64,000 nt of DNA from Eledone cirrhosa (Eukaryota). The position numbers and the translations under genes were made by a program. This document shows positions 49,152 to 62,623 of the stretch, piece after piece (the stretch's first letter is position 1; each line of letters starts with the position of its first letter). The stretch is taken from the NCBI GenBank assembly GCA_964016885.1, contig OZ024743.1, positions 360,406,001 through 360,470,000 on the forward strand. Reading direction: 5' to 3'. Below the pieces are notes generated by a model. The model ran no database searches and was not told the DNA's origin. It saw only the letters and a list, made by a program, of their open reading frames with translations.

Positions 49152-49190
49152 TTCCCTCTGAAGAAGAGATATTATCTCGAAAATTAAGGA
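49152..49190 (+). ncRNA. Hammerhead-like motif in the Penelope pseudo-LTR (inverted twin at ~46207-46245)
   Basis: CTGAAGA-A-GAGAT att ATCTC-GAAA-ATTA-AGG; stem II is clear, stems I and III are weak. Confidence 0.5.
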
Positions 49191-49304
49191 CATTTCAATA
49201 AATCTAAGGTAAAGGACGAATTGTCAACAATATCTTTTACAATTGCATTCTTTTTTTCTATTTCCATACCTGCATTGTTTTGGCTTTATTACACATATTC
49301 AAAT

Positions 49305-49388
<84 letters not shown>

Positions 49389-49512
49389 AGGAGGTGAGTT
49401 TTATTGTAGTGCAATAAAGCAATGCAGATATCGAATAAGAAGCACTCTACAGTTTGTAGGACTGGTGTATACATAATGTATAAGATCAAAAGATGGTTAA
49501 AAGAGTTCCATG

Positions 49513-49583
49513 TATTTTATTATGCGCATTTCAAAAACAAATATCATCATGCAATAACATTTGTGTTTTCATCAGATAAAATA
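49513..49583 (-). ncRNA. Minimal type I hammerhead ribozyme (left arm)
   Basis: Reverse complement of 49648-49718. Confidence 0.8.
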
Positions 49584-49647
49584 GGAAGACATGATATGAA
49601 GTTTAAAAACACTTACAAGTGTTTTTAACCTTCATATCATGTCTTCC

Positions 49648-49718
49648 TATTTTATCTGATGAAAACACAAATGTTATTGCATGATGATATTTGTTTTTGA
49701 AATGCGCATAATAAAATA
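49648..49718 (+). ncRNA. Minimal type I hammerhead ribozyme (right arm)
   Basis: TATTTTAT-CTGATGA-AAAC..CAAATGTTAT..ATGATATTTG.TTTT-GAAA-TGCGCA-TA-ATAAAATA; 8-bp stem I, palindromic ATGCGCAT stem III, AUA site. Confidence 0.8.
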
Positions 49719-49755
49719 CATGGAACTCTTTTAACCATCTTTTGATCTTATACAT

Positions 49756-49837
<82 letters not shown>

Positions 49838-50029
49838 TAAATCTACCAAAATTTTACGGTAGTGTCCAATCCGTATGAAGAACTCAATGTAATGCGGATA
49901 TCATGAAAAGAAGAGGTGCATTCAAAAATCACTTTCGGTGAAATATAAACGGAAAACAGAGTCAAGATAAATTATTAAAAAAATAAGGAATAAACAAAGA
50001 AACAGTTCCTTATATTAAACAAAAAAAGT

Positions 50030-50170
50030 TCATTATTTTACGATCGTTTCTAGGACATATATGTGTTAGAATTGGTATGCATATTCAAAAGATCTATGTA
50101 CAAAATTATACAAACTATCAGAGTGAATATACATACCTTCACATATATATGCTGTCTTCAGAAATAATGA
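50030..50170 (-). ncRNA. Hammerhead ribozyme candidate with very long stem II (left arm)
   Basis: Reverse complement of 53765-53905. Confidence 0.65.
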
Positions 50171-50425
50171 TGCTTGTTTATTGATAATAACAACAATTCA
50201 AAATAATAGGTCTGTTTGGGAACAGATTTTAAATAGACCAATGAAATAAAGATTGAGATACATACAAATTTATCAAGAAAATACAGTTAGGTGTGTATAT
50301 ATGTATGTAAATACGCTCACAGATGTGCATAAAAGTGTATGCTCATATGTATACGTATAGTGAAAAAGTGTATGTAAATATAAAATTTAGGGCTAAAGTA
50401 TCTGTATGTCTGTAATCAACAGACA

Positions 50426-50471
<46 letters not shown>

Positions 50472-50924
50472 AGTATATGAATATTGAGGCGCTCAAATAA
50501 ACACGCCCACACACACTTACATTTAGATGCGGAAGTAAAAGAGGTAAGGGAGTATAGTAATTAAAGGAAAGTGTCAATCTCGACATACTTATAAAAATGT
50601 ATCAATAAATTAGAAAAAAAAAATAAATAAAAAATAAATAAAAAAATGTTTTTTATAGAAGGAAAAAACTCAAGAAAAGAAGACAAAAAAAGACAAAAAA
50701 GGTGGAGGGGGGTACGTACATACACAGACACGCATGTCTCACAAAAGAAACAAAAAAACATAAAAGAGACACATAAAATACACACGCACATTTACACATA
50801 CATACGTTCGATACGTACATACATACACACACACATACAATACTTACACTCACGCATATTGACCTGTTTGTATGCACACACATAAAAATAAGTAAAACAT
50901 ATACCCATACATATAAATATTCAC

Positions 50925-50961
<37 letters not shown>

Positions 50962-51094
50962 TACCCATGTATATATACAACCACACACACACTCAGATAT
51001 ACATATATATAGACATACACACACATATATACACAGTCAGACACATATACACATATATACACATACATACACACATCTCTACACATACATATAC

Positions 51095-51153
<59 letters not shown>

Positions 51154-52930
51154 TACATATGTATTTTTATACTCACATACAAACACACATACATACATAC
51201 ACACTTACATACACATACACACATCCACGCTTACATATACATATAATTATTGGGGGGGGGTGAAGGGGGATTAAATTTATTAGTGGGAAATAGTAAATAT
51301 ACATACACACTTACATACACATCCATACATCCACGCTTACATATACATATAATTATTGGGGGGGGGTGAAGGGGGATTAAATTTAATAGTGGGAAATAGT
51401 AAATATATAGGTTTCAAGGAACATAGAATACTAACCTGCTGTTAAAGCTTTATATGTGTTTACTTAGTGGTATCTGTTTTATGAAATGGTATTTGTAAGA
51501 AGGAAAGCCAAATTATGTATTTTAATATAAGTAGAATATTAATTATAGTTTAACTAAAATAAAAATAGTTAATATATTAATTTCTATGGTGTATACTAAT
51601 TAGGTTTATAATATTTAAAGCGGAATTTTGAAGTTAAACAGTAGTAGAGTATTAATTATAGCATAACTAAATTAAAAATAATTACATATATTTACATGAT
51701 GGTATCAATTTTAGGAAATGAATTTTGTAAGAGGGAAAGCCAAATTAAGTAGTTCATCGGTAGTAGATTATTAATTATAGGTTAACTAAAATAAAAATTA
51801 TATATTAATTTCTATAGTATATGTTAATTAGGTTTATATTATTTAAAGCAGAATTTTGTATTTTATCTATAGTATAATTTTAATTATAGGTTAACTAAAT
51901 TAAAATGAATCTATATATTAATTTGTAAAGTATATATTAATTAGGTATATATTTAAAAGTTTTTCTCAGTTTATGATTACACGATATTTTGCATTTCATC
52001 TGTATTAGAATTTTAATTATAAGTTAACTAAATTAAAATTATAGGTTAACTAAATTCAAATTAAATTATATATTAATTTCTAAATTGTATATTAATTAGG
52101 TTTATAATATTAAAAAGTTTTTCTCCGTTTTTAATTACACGATATTTTGTAAATATATAGATTAATTTTAATTTAGTTAACATATAATTAAAATTCTACT
52201 ATAGATAAAATACAAAATTCTGCTTTAAATATTATAAACCTAATTAACATATACTATAGAAATTAATATATAATTTTTATTTTAGTTAACCTATAATTAA
52301 TAATCTACTACCGATGAACTACTTAATTTGGCTTTCCCTCTTACAAAATTCATTTCCTAAAATTGATACCATCATGTAAATATATGTAATTATTTTTAAT
52401 TTAGTTATGCTATAATTAATACTCTACTACTGTTTAACTTCAAAATTCCGCTTTAAATATTATAAACCTAATTAGTATACACCTTAGAAATTAATATATT
52501 GACTATTTTTATTTTAGTTAACCTATAATTAATATTCTACTTATATTAAAAAACATAATTTGGCTTTCCTTCTTACAAATACCATTTCCTAAAACAGTTA
52601 CACTAAGTAAACACATATAAAGCTTTAACTGCAGTTTAGTATTCTATGTTCCTTGAAACCTATATATTTACTATTTCCCACTAATAAATTTAATCCCCCT
52701 TCACCCGCCCCCAATAATTATATGTATATGTAAGCGTGGATGTGTGTATGTGTATGTAAGCGTGTATGTATATTTATTATTTCCCACTAATAAATTTAAT
52801 CCCCCTTCACCCCCCCCCCAATAATTATATGTATATGTAAGCGTGGATGTGTGTATGTGTATGTAAGTGTGTATGTATGTATGTGTGTTTGTATGTGAGT
52901 ATAAAAATACATATGTATGCATATATATGT

Positions 52931-52986
<56 letters not shown>

Positions 52987-53091
52987 GTATATGTATGTGT
53001 AGAGATGTGTGTATGTATGTGTATATATGTGTGTGTATGTCTATATATATGTATGTCTGAGTGTGTGTGTGGTTGTATATATACATGGGTA

Positions 53092-53123
<32 letters not shown>

Positions 53124-53439
53124 GGTGTATATTTATATGTATGAGTATATGTTTTACTTATTTTTATGGGTGCATACAAACAGGTCAATATGCGTGAGTG
53201 TAAGTATGTGTATGTGTGTGTGTATGTATGTACGTATCGAACGTATGGATGTGTAAATGTAAAATTTTTTATTTATTTTTTATTTTTTTTTTTTTCTAAT
53301 TTATTGATACATTTTTATAAGTATGTCGAGATTGACACTTTCCTTTAATTACTATACTCCCTTACCTCTTTTACTTCCGCATCTAAATGTAAGTGTGTGT
53401 GGGCGTGTTTACTTGAGCGCCTCAATATTCATATACTTA

Positions 53440-53509
<70 letters not shown>

Positions 53510-53764
53510 TGTCTGTTGATTACAGACATACAGATACTTTAGCCCTAAATTTTATATTTACATACACTTTTTCACTATACGTATGCATATGAGCATACAC
53601 TTTTATGCACATCTGTGAGCGTATTTACATACATATATACACACCTAACTGTATTTTCTTGATAAATTTTTATGTATCTCAATCTTTATTTCATTGGTCT
53701 ATTTAAAATCTGTTCCCAAACAGACCTATTATTTTGAATTGTTGTTATTATCAATAAACAAGCA

Positions 53765-53905
53765 TCATTATTTCTGAAGACAGCATATATATGTGAAGGT
53801 ATGTATATTCACTCAGATAGTTTGTATAATTTTGTACATAGATCTTTTGAATATGCATACCAATTCTAACACATATATGTCCTAGAAACGATCGTAAAAT
53901 AATGA
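53765..53905 (+). ncRNA. Hammerhead ribozyme candidate with very long stem II (right arm)
   Basis: TCATTATTT-CTGAAGA-[104 nt, CATATATATGTG..CACATATATG]-GAAA-CGATCG-TA-AAATAATGA; perfect 9-bp stem I, palindromic ACGATCGT, GUA site; the stem II closing pair is a C-A mismatch. Confidence 0.65.
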
Positions 53906-53962
53906 ACTTTTTTTGTTTAATATAAGGAACTGTTTCTTTGTTTATTCATTATTTTTTTAATA

Positions 53963-54950
<988 letters not shown>

Positions 54951-55024
54951 ACTCTCTCTCTCTCCCTATATATGTGTGTGTGTTTATATATATATATATA
55001 CACACACACTCACACACACACACA

Positions 55025-55070
<46 letters not shown>

Positions 55071-55182
55071 TTATATACCTGAATTATTGTTGGCATGTTA
55101 CCTACATTAATTTTATTTTCATTTATATATTTATACTCGGTGTTTTCCTTGAGGGCTACTAATATTTGTGACTAATCCCAGT

Positions 55183-55947
55183 TATTATAACAGAATATAA
55201 AAGAAAAACGAACGGAGCCGAATATAACAGAATATAAAAGAAAAACGAACACAGATATATACATATATGTGTTTAAATCGCAAGGGACCAGATTCGCTAA
55301 GGTGAAAAGAATACTAACTATAGACAATAGGGTTTTCCTGTCTCAATTTAAGAAAGAATCAAGAAAATAAATACAAACCGGAATTGTGGTAACTACCAAT
55401 CATCCAGTCAGCTTGGTGCTGTTTCGCAATACTAATTAATTGTGAATAGAAATACCAATTCTTGCTCATCAGTGAGTGACAAATTAGACACTTCTAACCA
55501 TATTAAAGGACTGAATAGTGTGCTATACATAATAACGCACATGGTATCTTAGCGTGTCACACAAACTTACACCACTAAAAATAGCAGCCAGGTTTATTCA
55601 ACATTTGAAATAGCGCAACACATTAACGGAGCCGAATATATCAAAGGTATATATAGGTATATATCAAATACCTTTGATATATATATTTGTCACCCACTGA
55701 TGACCAAAAATTGAGATTTCTATTCACAATTAATTAGTATTACGAACAGCACCAAGGCGACTGGCTGATTGGTAGTTACCACAATTCCGGTTTGTATTTA
55801 TTTTCTTGATTTTTGTTTAAATTGAGACAGGCAAACCCTATTGTCTATAGTTAGTATTCTTTTCGCCTTAGCGAATCTGATCCCTTGCGATTTCAACACA
55901 TATATGTATATATCTGTGTTCGTTTTTCTTTTATATTCAATTATAAT
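55183..55947. mobile_element. Second copy of the 507-bp family: circularly permuted, with an inverted partial copy
   Basis: 55183-55653 matches 43050-43377 then 42871-42980; 55669-55947 is inverted; hammerheads at 55409-55480(-) and 55689-55769(+) both have GAC at the cleavage triplet. Confidence 0.85.
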
Positions 55948-56012
55948 ATGTATATATATATATGTACATATATGTATATATATATATGTATATATATGTA
56001 TATATATATATG

Positions 56013-56081
<69 letters not shown>

Positions 56082-56124
56082 GCATATATATATATATATA
56101 TATATATAGATATAGATATCAATA

Positions 56125-56169
<45 letters not shown>

Positions 56170-56173
<4 letters not shown>

Positions 56174-56472
56174 ATATTAAATAAATGGAAACTATATTTA
56201 TAAAACCATATTTATTTTATTATATATATTTCAAGGGTACCAAGACAACATTGGTACGCTTTCATCAAATAAAATACAAAGTTTTTTTTATAAAATGAGA
56301 CATGCCCATGAAAATCATACCTTATCGGTTGGAAATTCACTGGATAGTGGAAATATATTAGGTATTTTTCAAACTTATGTGTGAATATGCAAATGAATAT
56401 GTAAATAATTGAAAACAACCGTTCATTTAATGGACTATGGAGAGAGAGGGAGAGAGAGAGAGAGAGAGAAAT

Positions 56473-56503
<31 letters not shown>

Positions 56504-57093
56504 AGAGATAATAGGAGAATGATAAAAAATAGTGAGAGAGAGAAGAAAGAAACAAGAGAAGATTAGTAAAACTCATATAACGTTAATATGGGGGAAATAT
56601 ATTCAAGTTATATATCTTAATAGTACGTGTACATCATGTTATAGATAATTGTTCAAATGAGTTATGAGGGATATTGGTTTTGTATTTAATGTAAATAAAT
56701 AATAAGTTAAATTAAATTAAATTAATTAAGTTAATAAGAATATTTATATTTATATTATTTAAAATGGGAAGATACGGAAAAACTCAGGTTTAATTTATTT
56801 ATTCGTTAGCGTGAGACTATTAAGTCAAAATAAGTATAGATGTTGAAAGATACATTTAGCCAGAATCAGTTAGTGGTTATAAATCTATAGTAAAATGTTG
56901 AAAAAATATTGATAAAGTATTGAAAAAATATTGAAAAATTATTGAAAAATTTGAGAAAAAAAAAAAAAAAAAATTAGAAATATTAAAAATTCATCCGATG
57001 AAAGCGTACCAATGTTGTCTTGGTACCCTTGAAATATATATAATAAAATAAATATGGTTTTATAAATATAGTTTCCATTTATTTAATAACATT
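56170..57093. mobile_element. Fold-back element with ~100-bp inverted termini containing variant hammerheads
   Basis: 56170-56267 is the reverse complement of 56997-57093. Minus strand 56213-56276 reads TATTTTAT-TTGATGA-AAG.GTACCAA..TTGGTAC.CTT-GAAA-TATATA-TA-ATAAAATA. Confidence 0.8.
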
Positions 57094-57204
57094 TAATATT
57101 TACTCCAGTTATTGTTGAGTGCTCTAAATCAGTTATAATCATTTATATATATTTGTCGGACTTCCAACAAATTAATACACCTTCTACTTATATATATATA
57201 TATA

Positions 57205-57394
57205 GTAAAAAGTATGACCCCGACGGCAGAGCTCAAGCCGTTTCCACGGCTATTTCTGGTCCAGAAATAGCCGTCGAAACGGCTTGAGCTCTGCCGTTGT
57301 GGTCATACGTTTTCCTATTACCCAATCTACTACCCTAAGTATTGAGTACTCTGGTGCGTTATGGTCCATCTGCTTCCTTACCAGAATTCCTTCG

Positions 57395-57397
<3 letters not shown>
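57205..57397. mobile_element. Hairpin element carrying the 3' half of a hammerhead
   Basis: Near-perfect palindrome 57205-57315 centred on TCTG-GTC-CAGA; GTC-GAAA-CGGC..GCCG-TT; (TA)n flanks. Confidence 0.75.
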
Positions 57398-57453
<56 letters not shown>

Positions 57454-57698
57454 TACACGGGTTTGTATGATTGTGTATAGAAGATTATATTAATAAAAGG
57501 AATTCCAACTTTGATTTAATCGTTTTATTTACAATCCTTTAAACTTTTAATGATATTATAATGAAATACTATGGTAGAATATTAAATGTTAAGTGTTAAT
57601 TGAACAAGTATTGTCATGCTTTCGCAATCTTCCGGTTCATATTCAGTGGTGTCAGTCAAGTTTGCAATTTTCAATTTTATACACCCCCACCCCCACAT

Positions 57699-57739
<41 letters not shown>

Positions 57740-57742
<3 letters not shown>

Positions 57743-57884
57743 CGAAGGAAATGTGGTAAGGAACCAGGTGGACCATAACGCACCAAAGTACTCAATACTT
57801 AGGGTAGTAGAGTGGGTAATAGGAACAAAGTACAGAATTAGCCGTCGAAACGGCTTGAGCTCAGCCGTCGGGGTCTTACTTGTT

Positions 57885-57888
<4 letters not shown>
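57740..57888. mobile_element. Second rearranged copy of the 57205 family
   Basis: 57740-57825 is the reverse complement of 57310-57397, then GCCGTC-GAAA-CGGC ttgagctca GCCG-TC-GGGGTC; (TA)n flanks. Confidence 0.75.
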
Positions 57889-57940
<52 letters not shown>

Positions 57941-58396
57941 TATATATATATGTATAGAAACTAGTCTATTGTGATCTAAGTACCTGCGGATTGATTGTCA
58001 ATGACAGAGTAGTGAAACTGAAACCGCTGTTCTTCATTCTAAATGAGACTGAAATATATGTGACATGTTCACAGAAAAACAGAGTGAAACATAATTTTTT
58101 CATTGCGAAAAATATTTTTATATTGATAGCGAAGCTCTCATATATTTATTGTATATAAAAGTCTAGTATACACATTCATGTACATATTTATATATATATA
58201 TATATATACACACCCACACACACCGCTGCTCACACACACACATGCGCCCGCTCACAACACACACACACACATATATATATGTATATGTATTTATATTACG
58301 TTTTTAGCTGCGATAATGCACCTGTAGTCTAGTTTTATACAGCTCTCTCTCTCATTGCTGTTAGATGAACGTACACTGAAATATATGTATATACAC

Positions 58397-58477
<81 letters not shown>

Positions 58478-59169
58478 GAGGGGACTGTGTGTGTTAGTTT
58501 ATATCTCTACCTGCGTTTAGGCAAATAAAGTGTTGTTGAGCTTTTGAAAATATAAATGTGGGATCAAAGAAATTTCGTAATTCTGAATGTTATCCATAAC
58601 ATCAGGTGTTCGTACTTTATGGTCGAGAAATTACTTTATAAAATCCTTTGGAAAACACACATTCCAAATGATAGAGTCATATTTCCATACTTAATGACCA
58701 TTTACCAATGTACAGGTCATAGATGAGGTAAAAATCTATTACCAGATTTATTATTCCAAAAAGTAACATGTCGAATAGATATAGTCGACAAAACTATTTA
58801 TATCTCTTATTTTTCCACACAAACTATCATCACTAACTTTATTTTCCCTTTCTTTCTACACAGGCTGGTACAGTTATATATGCATATGTGAGCATATGTA
58901 TAGAGAGAGCGAGAAAGTGAGAGAAAGCGAGAGAGACAGAGAAATAGATAGATAGATAAATAAATAGATAGATAGTATATTCGGTAGTTCAGCTAGGAAG
59001 TGATGAAATCTGACTTTTTTAACAGTGCTTGTATTGGCTTCCATCTCAAATAGAAAAATCGCTTTAACGACTACAAAGAAAAAGTAGCTAGCTTGTGGTT
59101 CACAGGGAACACATCATTAAGAAGAAAAATCTCAGAAAATAAATTCAATTAATCTGGTCTAGATCAATT

Positions 59170-60420
59170 CAGAACAAATTTTGCTTCATGAGCACAGTGA
59201 TTAAAGTAGATGAGGCGTCCATTTAATCAGCTTTTCCCTGGATCTAGTTGTTAGAGTATAGTCCACTTCTCCGAGTTACACAGCAGGCACAATTTCGACC
59301 CATTGGCGTAGGAGGTGGGTGTCTTCAGTATTCTCCATATATTGGAGAACACTGTGCCGTTATCTTGAAGTTCTACACATAGTTCCCGAGCACAGAGGTA
59401 TGTATTCTGTCAGGATGTCTAAATGTTTTTTCGTGGTCAAAGAAACGGTTTTTGAACTGGTGCTCAGAGATTCCTATATCAGTCCAGGCTTCAGTTTGAA
59501 GGTTCTGGTTTGTGGAGGTCACTTCTGCTTCATATATTACCGCATGTGTTTTGCTCTGTTGATCTACGGGCATGCTTTTGGCGTTCTGCATGGTAAGGTA
59601 GAAGTATTTTGCGCTTGTTGGTGATCTGGGATTTCCTGATTTTGGTACAAGAGTAGACTATTTTCAACGGTTGAATATTTACCGGTATCTATGGCCTATA
59701 GGCAAGTGAAAATCTAAGAGGCTAGTCATTTTATTTCTACCTACATTAGTTTTCACGTGAATGCTGGCGTGAGCCACTCGACGGATTTATGTGCAGATTT
59801 GTTCTTGCTAGATATAGGCGGTGATCTGGAGAGTAAGAAATTCTCCCGGAGATGCAATGTTACTTATGGCTGAGTTATAGTAGGGGCTGCCCTCTATTGC
59901 TAGAAGATGGGTTGCATACCCTCCTGTTGATATTATTAATGAGATTTCAAAAATCTATAGGGGATGACTACAGTCCTTATGAATATACCTAAAGTTTTCA
60001 CTGAGTTTGTGGAATGGTATGTTTGTGTATGTACTTACGTCTAAATTAGCATCTAGAAAGTTAACCCTGGTGAGTTTGGTTGTGATGGTCATTTTTAATT
60101 CTAGATTGTTGAAGGTAGTAATCAAATATTTTCTAAAAGTGTCGAAGTCATGGCTATTGACAGCCTATCATCACGATATAGGCCCATATGGAAGTCAAGG
60201 AATGTTTACATAGTGTGTTTAAGATAAAATGGCCCACCAAATCGCATATATTCGCACTGTCAAATGACCTCATTAAACTATAGAATAGGTCACTGTTTCG
60301 TGGATTTCTTTATCCAGGTGTCCTCATTAGTGAAGATGAGGGTTTTCCTAGAGTGGGATATTACTAATCGTTCTAACTCGTATGTATTGGTGAAGCCATA
60401 TTTTTTTCATGACAGGCTGA
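59170..60420 (-). pseudogene. Degenerate Penelope-like element (RT remnant + GIY-YIG), same type as 9864-10548
   Basis: ICDLVGHFIL, TRVNFLDANLD, YIHKDC.HP, VIYEAEVT..DIGISEHQFKNRFFDHEKTF, WRILK..SY....LCLLCNSEK..IL. Confidence 0.8.
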
Positions 60421-60638
60421 TGGATTTGAGACAAATAGACAGACGAAACGTAAGCACATTTTCGTTTCACTGTTGTCACTTATACTTAACTCGTCCTATC
60501 GACTGAAAGCTCGAAATCTTTGGATATTTATACGAAATTTGTTCTACACTATATATATAAACAGAGAGAGTGATAGAGAGTGAGAGAGAGAGAGAGGGAG
60601 AGAGAGAGAGGGAGAGAGAGAGAGAGAGAGGGAGAGAG

Positions 60639-60698
<60 letters not shown>

Positions 60699-61292
60699 TG
60701 TGTGAGGGAGAGAGAGAATATAATGATAATATGGCTATATATATGGTGTGGGTGCGTTTTATTTTACCTATTGACTAGACTTTCAAAGATATGTCAAGAA
60801 ACATTGATATGTTGAAACGGTTACAATAAATTTCTGTTTTAATATGTATAAATTATTAATTATTTTCTAAAACTTGAGGCTACAAATTATTTAAATCTTC
60901 CTGAGCTTTATAAGAGCGCCAGGGGGAACAAAAATGTGATAAATATATATCTAAACTATTCACCAACATATTCTCTTCCGTAGCTAATGCTTGAAGCCTT
61001 TCAATAATATATTTTTGAAATTGTCATTTTCTTTTTATGAGTTTATATTTGTGTACATTTCACCGTTAAGCGAGAGTGTCCAAGGGAAATATACGCTTTT
61101 AATATATTTTCTGAAGTATATTTGATATATAAGCTTTGTTTTTAGATCGATGTGTAACTGATATTTGATGGCAACTATTCGTAGTGTTCCGTTTTCTAAT
61201 AATTGATTCTATCAAAGGTATAACGTTAAAAATTCGAGATTAAAGGTTTTGTCCCTAAATTGACCCAAATTATTGCACAATACCAATGAAGA

Positions 61293-61370
61293 ACTGGGGT
61301 CGATTTAATCAACTTTGTCCTTCCTTTTACATTACTGCCTTTGTGCCGAAAGTAGAAACATTTATCATTA
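61293..61370 (+). mobile_element. SINE family A, 3' fragment
   Basis: ACTGGGGTCGATTTAATC...CTTTGTGCCGAAAGTAGAAAC. Confidence 0.6.
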
Positions 61371-62623
61371 TAACATATATCCAACATTACATTGTTTCCT
61401 ATTGAAGTTTTGAAACTCTAATATCAAGTTTATAGATTAGTGTCTCCATATCGTTTCAAAGCCAATTAAAGCATATAATGTATTCGCTCTTTGATTTTTT
61501 CTAATTAATAAAATATCACTCTACATAATATCATATTGAGATAGTCCTTCATTGGTTGATAAAATAAAGTACTACTAAAGTTAATTTCATATCTTAATCC
61601 GACTCCTCAGATTTCTGGCCTCGTTCCTGCTTTAGGAACAATTGGCAGAATCGATAGTGCGGCAAACAAAGTATATTGCGGTATTTACTTAAAGCTGAGT
61701 TTAATTTTGCCTACAATTCTTTCGGTGTCGAAATATATAGTAGAAACCTTTCTGGTCCAGTGCTTAGTTAGTGACAATGATCATATAGGAGAAGATCAAA
61801 TATAAACCAGAATAAATGTGCCCGGAAACATAATAATTTGTTCAAAATATCAATAATTTGACATAAAAGTATAAAATAAAAGAGAAACAGGATATATATG
61901 AATTTTGAACGCATCAGAAGATATGTTTGAAAAACACAGGAAGATTAAATTCTATATGAAAAGAATGACGCCAGATGATGCACATATATCTTTATTTACG
62001 CTATTGAGCATCGTATTTGAAGTCCTTGACATTCAAAACTCCAGTCGACCTGATTGTCAAACATATCGGATATTATTCTCATCACTATAATAAAAAAATA
62101 TATACATAATTATCTTATTCGAATATAGGAAGTTCTAGGGGAGCTGTATTAAAATAAAGGCTTACGCCTTCTAGAGGTAATCTAATAGTACCACGTAACT
62201 ATATGATAAATATTTCGCTATTAATAGTTTTATATAAAATTAGATGAGAGGTGGTGGACAAACCATGTAAACAGCAAATATAAACGGGAGGAATTTTAGT
62301 TGTAGATTATGCTAAACAATAGGTAGAATGAGGAGAGATCAAATACACAGATACAAACACATACACATACACACCACGGATATATATATATATATATATA
62401 TTAGAAAGTGCATTTTTTTTTTTTTCTTTACAAAATGAAAAATAACCGAGGTGTCCTACACGAGCGAAAGTATAAAGAAAAAAAAATGAAATCGAAAATG
62501 CAACTGGATTCTTATTTTAAAATATATATATATATTTATTTTGTTCCATTATCGGTTTCGCAGTTCTTCTGCTTTTCAAAAGTAGAGTTGAGATGGTGGG
62601 TCTGTGGTTTTTCTCATATATAT

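Larger units (their letters stand above)
46050..49311 (-). mobile_element. Penelope-like element (Penelope/Poseidon type) with inverted pseudo-LTRs, in (TA)n
   Basis: RT + C-terminal GIY-YIG ORF; 46087-46389 is the reverse complement of 49007-49311; (TA)n on both sides. Confidence 0.93.
49385..49758. mobile_element. Fold-back non-coding element; near-perfect hairpin 49473-49758 (~142-bp arms, 2-nt loop)
   Basis: Centre ACTT-AC-AAGT at 49611-49620; one mismatch seen between the arms; flanked by (TG)n/(TA)n. Confidence 0.9.

Noticed and set aside
60765-60830. TATTG...GAAACGGTTACAATA with an internal hairpin, hammerhead-like layout
   Set aside because: No CUGANGA core; too decayed to call.
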